Assembly: GCA_040772905.1 (NCBI GenBank) | Contig: JAXGXJ010000009.1 | Location: forward strand, 540-64,539 | Reading direction: 5' to 3' | Source: Thermoleophilia bacterium | Lineage (GTDB): Bacteria; Actinomycetota; Thermoleophilia; RBG-16-64-13 | Length of the DNA: 64,000 nucleotides | Shown here: one piece after another, positions 57,110 through 64,000 of the stretch | Layout: each line of letters opens with the position of its first letter | Numbering within the stretch: the first letter of the stretch is position 1 | Translations under genes and position numbers: made by a program | The notes under the pieces: model-generated | What the model was told of the DNA's origin: nothing | Databases searched by the model: none | What the model saw: only the letters and a program-made list of their open reading frames with translations

Positions 57110-57973
57110 TTGGACGACTCGAGGCCCCGGCGACTGAGTGACTTCCTGCGCGAAGGGTTTGAAGGCTTCTCGCGCTCGCAGAAAGCGGTCGCGCGCTACA
57201 TCATCGACCACCTGGAAGAGGTGGGTTACCTCAGCGCTGAGGAACTGGGGCAGAAGGGGAACACCTCCAGTTCCACCGTGGTGCGCTTCGCACAGTCCCT
57301 CGGCTTTCCGGGTTATCCCGAACTGCAGAAGGCCGCGCGCGACGAATACCGGCTCGGAGCCACCGCCCGCCCTGTCGTCCACGAGGACCAGCTGGGCTTC
57401 GCCATCGAGGAAGACATCCTCACGCGGTCGCTCAAGACCGACGCCCTCAGCCTCGAGGAGACCATCAGCAAGAACAACCTGGCTCGCTTCAACAGGGCGG
57501 TGAGCGCACTCTCCGGGGCAGGCCGAGTGCTGGCGGTCGGCTTACACGAGGCGGCCGTGGTGGCGGAGTACGCCTCGTACGTGCTCGAACTCCTGGGCAT
57601 CCCCTGTTGCGCCGTCACGGCGGGCACGGAGGCCGATGTGGCCCGTCTCACGAGACTCGAGGCCGGCGATGTGCTGTTGGCCGTGGGGTTCCGGCGCGCA
57701 CATTCGGTGACCCTCGCGTTCACCGAAAGGGCGGCCGCCATGGGGGCGACGGTGGTCGTGGTCACCGACAACTCGCTTTCCGAACTGGCTGGCAAGAGCG
57801 ACCTCACCCTGTACGCCGACATCGACTCCACCTTCTTCGCCCACTCTCTGGTGGGGCCGCTCAGCTTGGTGACCGCGTTGGCGGCGGGCATCTACAGCAG
57901 GGACCGCGACCGCCACGACGCGGCGGTGAGGTTGGTGCGCGAGAGCGCTCCCGAGTCCGGCTGGCTGCGTTGA
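57110..57973 (+). CDS. RpiR/MurR family transcriptional regulator (HTH_6 + SIS domain)
   Basis: LSDFLREGFEGFSRSQKAVARYIID... HTH_6, then SIS domain (RVLAVGLHEAAVVAEYASYVLELLG). TTG start with GGAGGAG Shine-Dalgarno; the AT-rich stretch upstream (57053-57109) is more likely a promoter or operator than coding. Confidence 0.7.
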   Translation: MDDSRPRRLSDFLREGFEGFSRSQKAVARYIIDHLEEVGYLSAEELGQKGNTSSSTVVRFAQSLGFPGYPELQKAARDEYRLGATARPVVHEDQLGFAIEEDILTRSLKTDALSLEETISKNNLARFNRAVSALSGAGRVLAVGLHEAAVVAEYASYVLELLGIPCCAVTAGTEADVARLTRLEAGDVLLAVGFRRAHSVTLAFTERAAAMGATVVVVTDNSLSELAGKSDLTLYADIDSTFFAHSLVGPLSLVTALAAGIYSRDRDRHDAAVRLVRESAPESGWLR

Positions 57974-58046
57974 AGGCGCCCGGAGGCTCGGCTAAACTCT
58001 AGCGGCGAAATACAGGGAACGCGTACTCCGGTGCGGAGGTTTTGAG

Positions 58047-58799
58047 ATGTCGGGGCATTCCAAGTGGGCTGGTATCAAGCATAAGAAGGCGATCGTCGAC
58101 GCCAAGAGAGGCAAGCTCTTCGGCAAGCTGGCGCGCGCCATCACCGTCGCCGCCCGTGAAGGTGGCGGGGATCCTGACCACAACGCCACGCTCGCCCAAG
58201 CCATCGTCAAGGCGAAAGACGCCAACATGCCCAACGACAACATCGAGCGGGCCATCAAGAAGGGGGCGGGAGGCGCCGGCGACGCCGAGACCTACCACCA
58301 CCTCACCTACGAGGGCTATGGTCCCGCCGGCGTGGCGGTGTACGTGACTGCGCTCACCGACAACAAGAACCGCACGGCTGCCGACGTGCGTTACATCTTT
58401 GACCGGGGTGGAGGCAAACTGGGCACTGACGGATCGGTGAGTTGGATGTTCGAGCGCAAAGGCGTCATCTTCGTCGACGCGGCCGGTCTGGACGAGGACG
58501 AAGTGATGTTGGCCGCTATCGACGCGGGCGCGGAAGACGTCATCCCCGAGGGCGACACCTTCGAGATCCGCACCGATGCGGCCGACTTCATGGCCGTGCG
58601 CTCCGGACTGGAGGCGGCCGGCATCAAGTACACATCAGCCGAGCTCACCATGATCCCCAAGAACACCGTGGCGCTCGACGAGAGCGAGGCCCGCAAGACG
58701 CTCAGGCTGTTGGATGCCCTTGAGGACAACGACGATATCCAAGAGGTCTACGCCAACTTCGACATCCCCGACCACGTGATGGAAGCTCTGGCGGGATGA
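58047..58799 (+). CDS. yebC: YebC/PmpR family DNA-binding transcriptional regulator
   Basis: MSGHSKWAGIKHKKA... Confidence 0.9.
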   Translation: MSGHSKWAGIKHKKAIVDAKRGKLFGKLARAITVAAREGGGDPDHNATLAQAIVKAKDANMPNDNIERAIKKGAGGAGDAETYHHLTYEGYGPAGVAVYVTALTDNKNRTAADVRYIFDRGGGKLGTDGSVSWMFERKGVIFVDAAGLDEDEVMLAAIDAGAEDVIPEGDTFEIRTDAADFMAVRSGLEAAGIKYTSAELTMIPKNTVALDESEARKTLRLLDALEDNDDIQEVYANFDIPDHVMEALAG

Positions 58800-58843
58800 C
58801 TGCGGCTCCCGGTCACGTGAGCGACCTTGGTGGCCGGGTCATC

Positions 58844-59362
58844 ATGGGGCTTGACCCTGGCACTGCCTCCACCGGCTACGGTGTCGTCGAGGTGAAGGGC
58901 AATCGTCTGCGGGCACTCGACTTCGGAGTGATCGAGACCGCGGCCGGGCTGCCGCTGGAGGCCAGGTTGGAAGCGATCTTCGGGCGCGTGCGTGAGCTGC
59001 TGGCGCAGCATCAGCCGTCAGCGACGGCGGTGGAATCGCTCTTCTTCAACGCCAACGTGCGTACGGCGTTCGCGGTGGGGCAGGCGCGAGGAGTGTCGTT
59101 GTTGGCCTGTTCTCTGGCCGGATGTGAAGTGTTCGAGTACACGCCGCAGCAGATCAAGCAGGCGGTGGTGGGATACGGGAAAGCGAGCAAGGACCAAGTG
59201 ATGGAGATGGTGAGGGTGCTGCTCGCTTTGGCGGATCCTCCGCGCCCCGACCATGCCGCCGATGCCCTGGGCGTTGCTATCTGCCACGCCAACTCATACG
59301 GAGTGCGTGAGCGGGTGGAGCGGCGCCTTGCCGGCCAGGTGCGCGGGACGGGCGGGGCATGA
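58844..59362 (+). CDS. ruvC: crossover junction endodeoxyribonuclease RuvC
   Basis: GLDPGTASTGYGVVE N-terminus; RNase H-like catalytic residues. Confidence 0.85.
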   Translation: MGLDPGTASTGYGVVEVKGNRLRALDFGVIETAAGLPLEARLEAIFGRVRELLAQHQPSATAVESLFFNANVRTAFAVGQARGVSLLACSLAGCEVFEYTPQQIKQAVVGYGKASKDQVMEMVRVLLALADPPRPDHAADALGVAICHANSYGVRERVERRLAGQVRGTGGA

Positions 59363-59946
59363 TCGAGCGGCTCACCGGCGCGGTGGCCGCCAAGAACCCG
59401 GAGTCGGTGGTGCTGGACGTGGGCGGGGTCGGTTTCCTGCTTGAGGTCTCCGCTACCACCATGCGCGATGTGCCGGCGGTGGGTGGGACCATGGTGATGT
59501 TCGCCCATCTGCACGTGCGCGAAGACGTCCTGCAGTTGTTCGGCTTCTCCAGCGAGGCTGAACGGGAACTCTTCCGTCTCTTCCTGGGGGTGAGCAAGAT
59601 CGGTCCCAAGCTGGCTCTGGCGGCGCTCTCCTGCCGGCGTCCGACGGAGCTGCGCAAAGCGTTGGCGGGAGGGGATGTGGCCCTGCTCTCGTCGGTGCCC
59701 GGCATCGGACGCAAGACCGCCGAACGGATGGTCATGGAACTGCGCGACAAGGTGGGCCAGGTCGTGTCCGCTGGAGGCGATATCGTTGGTGCTGTCGGGC
59801 TGGACGACGGCCCTGTGGCTATGGCGCGGGCGGCGTTGCTCGAGCTCGGGTATGCTCCGCTGGAGGCCGACCGACTACTGGCGGCCGTCGACACCGACCA
59901 GCCGGTGGAAGGCATCGTACGGCAGGCGCTCGGACGGCGTCCGTGA
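59359..59946 (+). CDS. ruvA: Holliday junction branch migration protein RuvA
   Basis: MIERLTG...VGGVGF N-terminus; HhH motifs (GIGRKTAERM). Confidence 0.9.
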   Translation: MIERLTGAVAAKNPESVVLDVGGVGFLLEVSATTMRDVPAVGGTMVMFAHLHVREDVLQLFGFSSEAERELFRLFLGVSKIGPKLALAALSCRRPTELRKALAGGDVALLSSVPGIGRKTAERMVMELRDKVGQVVSAGGDIVGAVGLDDGPVAMARAALLELGYAPLEADRLLAAVDTDQPVEGIVRQALGRRP

Positions 59947-59991
59947 AGAGCGTCGGAAGTGGCTGGCGAGGGGCGAAGAAGGTGAGAGTCG

Positions 59992-61029
59992 GTGGACGGC
60001 GACAGACTGGCTGATCCCGAAGAGACCCCTTTGGAGCAGGAGGTCGAGACTTCCCTGCGCCCGCGTTCGCTGAGCGCTTTCGTGGGCCAGCCGGTGCTGC
60101 GGGAGCAGCTGCAGATCTTCATCGAGGCGGCGCGTTCACGCGACGAGTCGTTGGACCATGTGTTGCTGGCCGGTCCTCCGGGTTTGGGCAAGACCACACT
60201 CGCCAACATCATCGCCCTCGAGATGGGGGTGAACATCTTCACCACGTCGGGGCCGGCCCTGGAGCGCAAGGCCGACATGGCTGCCGTGCTCACCAACCTT
60301 CAGGACGGCGACGTGCTCTTCATCGACGAGATCCATCGGCTCAATCGCTCCATAGAGGAGATCCTCTATCCGGCCATGGAGGACTTCGAGATCGACATCA
60401 TCATCGGTCAGGGACCCAGCGCCCGTACCATCCGCCTGCCGGTGTCCCGTTTCACCCTCATCGGGGCCACCACCCGCTCGGGGCTCATCACCACGCCTCT
60501 CCGCGACCGCTTCGGTTTCTCTCACCGCTTGGACTACTACTCGGTCGAGGACCTGGCGCACATCGTGCGCCGCTCGGCGGCCATACTCTCGGTCGCCATC
60601 GACGAGGAGGGGGCGCAGGCGCTCGCCCTGCGGGCACGAGGTACGCCGCGCATCGCCAACCGTCTACTGCGCCGGGTGCGTGACTACGCGCAGGTGCGTC
60701 ATCAGGGCTCCATCACGGGGCGCATCGCGCTGGAAGCCTTGCGCCTCTTCGAAGTGGACGACGAAGGGCTCGACCGGGTCGACCGCGAGATACTCACGCT
60801 CATCTTGGAGAAGTTCGACGGTGGTCCCGTGGGGCTCTCCACTCTGGCGGTGGCCATCGGGGAAGAGGCCGACACCATCGAGGACGTGTACGAACCGTAC
60901 CTGCTGCAGCGCGGCTTTCTCATGCGCACACCGCGCGGCCGGGTGCTGACGCGACTGGGCTACGAGCACTGCGGGGCCACCCCGCCGGCGGCTGCGCAGC
61001 CGGCGCCCCCCGACACGCTGTTCAGCTAG
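59992..61029 (+). CDS. ruvB: Holliday junction branch migration ATPase RuvB
   Basis: [17 protein letters not shown], sensor motifs. Confidence 0.95.
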   Translation: MDGDRLADPEETPLEQEVETSLRPRSLSAFVGQPVLREQLQIFIEAARSRDESLDHVLLAGPPGLGKTTLANIIALEMGVNIFTTSGPALERKADMAAVLTNLQDGDVLFIDEIHRLNRSIEEILYPAMEDFEIDIIIGQGPSARTIRLPVSRFTLIGATTRSGLITTPLRDRFGFSHRLDYYSVEDLAHIVRRSAAILSVAIDEEGAQALALRARGTPRIANRLLRRVRDYAQVRHQGSITGRIALEALRLFEVDDEGLDRVDREILTLILEKFDGGPVGLSTLAVAIGEEADTIEDVYEPYLLQRGFLMRTPRGRVLTRLGYEHCGATPPAAAQPAPPDTLFS

Positions 61030-61039
61030 GAGCCGGGCG

Positions 61040-61591
61040 ATGAACAACGATCTTCTGCTGCACGTCTGCTGCGGCCCTTGCGCCTCCGCCTCCATCCCGG
61101 CGTTCCGGGAGAGCGGTGCGACTGTGACAGGGTTCTTCTACAACCCCAACATACAACCTTTGCTCGAGTACCGGCGCCGGTTGACAGGAGCACGTGAGGT
61201 GGCCGAGATCACGAGCATGGAGCTCCTGGCCGACCTTTCGTACGATCCCGAGGCGTGGTTCACCCGTGTGAGCGGGCCGTGGTCCCGTGACGACGTGGGT
61301 TCGCGCTGCGCCCGTTGCCTGGGTATGCGTCTGGAGAGGACGGCTCGAGAAGCTGCGGCACGTGGTTACGCGGCCTTCTCCACCACACTGTCCATCAGTC
61401 CGTGGCAGGATCATGAGGCCATCCAAGCGGGAGGGGATGCCGCCGCGGCAGCCCACGGCGTGGAGTTCGTATACGTAGATCTGCGCCCTATGTATCCCGA
61501 GTCGAGACGGCTCAGCCGGGAGTGGGGCATCTATCGCCAGAAGTACTGCGGCTGCATAGTCTCGGAATGGGAGCGTTATCGTGGCAGGTGA
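61040..61591 (+). CDS. queH: epoxyqueuosine reductase QueH (DUF208)
   Basis: LLLHVCCGPC N-terminal motif and C-terminal YCGC; about 180 aa. Confidence 0.8.
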   Translation: MNNDLLLHVCCGPCASASIPAFRESGATVTGFFYNPNIQPLLEYRRRLTGAREVAEITSMELLADLSYDPEAWFTRVSGPWSRDDVGSRCARCLGMRLERTAREAAARGYAAFSTTLSISPWQDHEAIQAGGDAAAAAHGVEFVYVDLRPMYPESRRLSREWGIYRQKYCGCIVSEWERYRGR

Positions 61592-61669
61592 GGGCGCCTA
61601 CCTTCAGACGGCCGGGCGACAGGGCGGCGGCCGGAGGTCGCTGCCGCGGAGTGTCGCGCGGGCGGAACG

Positions 61670-62833
61670 GTGCTGCTGAACATGCATCTGCATGAACTGG
61701 AGTTCGATTTCCCCCAGGAACTGATCGCGCAGGAGCCGGTCGAACCGAGGGACTCCTGCCGTCTGATGTTCGTACCTTCCCGAGGGGAACGAGAACATCG
61801 CCGGTTCTGGGAATTGCCCGCGCTGTTGCGTGCAGGCGACACCCTGGTGTTCAACGATTCTCGCGTGCTGCCTGCACGCGTCGCCGCGCGGAAACCCACC
61901 GGAGGCCAGGTGGAGGTGCTCTTCCTGCGCCCGGCGGCGGACGCCGACGCAAACGGTCGCGGCGAGACCTGGGAGGTGCTGGCTCGGCCCTCGCACCGGT
62001 TGCGACCGGGGGGGACCCTGCTCCTGCCCGGCGGCGAGGACCTCACGCTGCTGAGGCTTCTGGGCGAAGGAAGATGGGTGGTACAGACGCAGCCGGGCAT
62101 ATCGTCGGTGCGGCTTATGGAGACCTACGGGCAACTGCCGCTGCCGCCCTACATCAAGACCTACCCCGCACAGCCGGAGAGCTACCAGACGGTGTATGCC
62201 TCCCAGTTGGGCTCCGCGGCGGCTCCGACGGCGGGCCTGCACTTCACGCCCACTCTCCTGCGAGCGCTGGAGGAGGCCGGGGTGAGGGCCGCCTACGTCA
62301 CGCTGCACGTGGGTCTGGACACGTTCCAGCCCATCCGCGAAGAGCGGGTGGAGGACCATCGCATCCACCGCGAAGCCTTCACCGTCTCGGCGGATTGCCT
62401 CCGGACCTTGCGCGCGGCCCGGGCGCGTGGTGGCCGGCTGGTGGCGGTGGGGACGACAGCCACCCGGGTGCTGGAGACACTGGCCGGACGGGGCCTGCTG
62501 GAGTCCGCTTCTGACAGCGCGAGGCATCTCGGAGCGCCGCCGGATGAAGGGACCGGCATCGAGGGCTCCACCGAGATCTTCATCACGCCCGGGTACAAGT
62601 TCGAAGCAGTGAATGCGCTCCTCACCAACTTCCATCTACCGCACAGCAGCGTCTTGGCTCTGGTGATGGCCTTCGCGGGTGTGGAGCGCATCAGGGATGC
62701 CTATCGGGAGGCCGTCGAGGGACGCTATCGCTTCTTCAGCTTCGGAGACGCCATGCTGGTCGAACCCGAAGAGCATCCGGGTGCTGACGCGCCCGCGCCG
62801 GGGACTGAGGTGGAGGGTGCATGGAGACCCTGA
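61670..62833 (+). CDS. queA: S-adenosylmethionine:tRNA ribosyltransferase-isomerase
   Basis: QueA motifs (FDFPQELIAQ, LVFNDSRV, GLHFT). Confidence 0.85.
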   Translation: MLLNMHLHELEFDFPQELIAQEPVEPRDSCRLMFVPSRGEREHRRFWELPALLRAGDTLVFNDSRVLPARVAARKPTGGQVEVLFLRPAADADANGRGETWEVLARPSHRLRPGGTLLLPGGEDLTLLRLLGEGRWVVQTQPGISSVRLMETYGQLPLPPYIKTYPAQPESYQTVYASQLGSAAAPTAGLHFTPTLLRALEEAGVRAAYVTLHVGLDTFQPIREERVEDHRIHREAFTVSADCLRTLRAARARGGRLVAVGTTATRVLETLAGRGLLESASDSARHLGAPPDEGTGIEGSTEIFITPGYKFEAVNALLTNFHLPHSSVLALVMAFAGVERIRDAYREAVEGRYRFFSFGDAMLVEPEEHPGADAPAPGTEVEGAWRP

Positions 62834-63960
62834 GCGGGCTGCCCTCCTTCCCCTACCGACTGGAAGCCCAGGACGGGCTCGCCCGTGCCGGGGTGATCGA
62901 CACGCCGCGGGGGCCCGTGCTGACGCCCTGTTTCATGCCTGTGGGCACGAAGGGGACGGTAAAGGCCATGTCTCCCGATCGCCTGCGCGCGTCGGGGGCG
63001 CAGATCGTGCTGGCCAACACCTATCACCTGTCTCTGCGTCCAGGCAGCGACGCGGTGAGGCGCTTGGGCGGGCTGCATCGCCTCATGCAGTGGGAGGGGC
63101 CCATCCTCACCGACAGTGGGGGATATCAGGTCTTCAGCCTGCGCGACACGGCGAAGCTCGACGACTCCGGTGTGGCGTTCCGCAGCATCTACGACGGTTC
63201 CCGCCAGGTGTTCACGCCCGAACGGGCCATGGGCGAGCAGCAGGCCCTGGGGGCCGACTTCGTCATGTGCTTCGACCAGTGCCCCCCCGGCACCGCCACC
63301 CGAGCGGAAGTGGCCGACGCCGTCGAGCGCACCACACGCTGGGCGGCGCGCTGCAAGCAAGCCCATCTGGAGGCGGGCGGCATGGGCACCGACGGGCCTC
63401 AGATGCTCCTGGGCATCGTCCAGGGTGGGGTGGACGCTGAATTACGTATCGCCAGCGTGGAGCAGTTGCTGCAGATCGGCTTCCCCGGGTACGCCATCGG
63501 CGGGCTCACCGTGGGGGAGGACCGTCAGGCCATGCTCGACACCACGGGGCTGGTGGCCGGGCTGCTGCCCGCAGACCGGGTGCGGTACTTCATGGGCATC
63601 GGCGATCCCCAGGGCCTGCTGGAGGTCATCGCTCGCGGGGTGGACATCTTCGACTGCGTGCTCCCCACCCGCACCGCCCGCATGGGCACCGCCTTCATCC
63701 GTGGGGGCAAGCTGAACCTGCGCAACGCTCAGCACGCGTTATCCACCGAGCCGCTCGAGCCCGACTGTCCCTGTAGGGCGTGCAACGGCTTCTCCCGCGG
63801 TGTGTTGCGGCACCTCATCATGCAGAAGGAGATCCTGGGTCTCATGCTCCTCACGGAGCACAACCTCACCTTCCTTGCGCGCATGGTGGCGGGTGCGCGC
63901 GAGGCCATCATCACCGGGTCGTATGCGACCTTCATGGGGGAGTGGGGTGCCTCGTGGTAA
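62821..63960 (+). CDS. tgt: queuine tRNA-ribosyltransferase
   Basis: TIM-barrel TGT motifs (TPCFMPVGT, ILTDSGGYQV) and zinc site CPCRAC...H. Confidence 0.9.
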   Translation: METLSGLPSFPYRLEAQDGLARAGVIDTPRGPVLTPCFMPVGTKGTVKAMSPDRLRASGAQIVLANTYHLSLRPGSDAVRRLGGLHRLMQWEGPILTDSGGYQVFSLRDTAKLDDSGVAFRSIYDGSRQVFTPERAMGEQQALGADFVMCFDQCPPGTATRAEVADAVERTTRWAARCKQAHLEAGGMGTDGPQMLLGIVQGGVDAELRIASVEQLLQIGFPGYAIGGLTVGEDRQAMLDTTGLVAGLLPADRVRYFMGIGDPQGLLEVIARGVDIFDCVLPTRTARMGTAFIRGGKLNLRNAQHALSTEPLEPDCPCRACNGFSRGVLRHLIMQKEILGLMLLTEHNLTFLARMVAGAREAIITGSYATFMGEWGASW

Positions 63961-64000
63961 TATGCAGCACTTGAACCAGTACGTTTCCGCACCCAGATGG

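Noticed and set aside
1-64000. CRISPR arrays, transposases/IS elements, toxin-antitoxin or defence-system signatures
   Set aside because: No spacer-repeat arrays, inverted-repeat-bounded transposase genes, or nuclease, ATPase, TIR or SIR2-type defence modules were found. The only repeats are the short tandem and direct repeats listed above.

Overview
High-GC (~66%) bacterial chromosomal segment, almost entirely plus-strand and densely packed with housekeeping operons. Gene order resembles Firmicutes-like synteny: pgsA-recA-recX-rny, priA-def-fmt-rpe, rpmB/asp23-yloV-degV-recG, rsmD-coaD-yceD-rpmF, ruvCAB-queA-tgt. Main calls, in order: ftsK (3' part), selU, rodZ-like, rimO, pgsA, thpR, recA, recX, rny, miaB, miaA, dapF, dapL-like, dut; a ~9.6 kb type IV pilin island (14.9-24.5 kb); then rnz, tRNA-Arg(CCG), lipB, a deacetylase/GHL pair, a livHMGKF+ACT+paaK+thioesterase operon, metK, priA, def, fmt, rpe, an FMN riboswitch and ribDE(BA)H operon, rpmB, asp23/yloV/degV, recG, rsmD, coaD, yceD, rpmF, an EF-G paralog, rpiR-family regulator, yebC, ruvCAB, queH, queA, tgt. 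The most unusual region is the pilin island between dut and rnz. It is visibly more AT-rich than its surroundings. On the plus strand it holds two paralogous major pilins, a TPR lipoprotein and four minor-pilin genes. On the minus strand it holds what looks like a mirrored second minor-pilin operon that is degraded: all three inferred genes are interrupted by frameshifts. No pilus assembly ATPase, platform, secretin or prepilin peptidase gene is in the window. Other items worth a second look: a Cys-rich orphan ORF with a GPGP tandem repeat, a LysW-like zinc-ribbon ORF, a promoter-plus-terminator leader or sRNA candidate upstream of rny, a rodZ-like gene with no canonical start codon, and the FMN riboswitch. 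No CRISPR array, integrase, transposase or recognisable defence system was seen.
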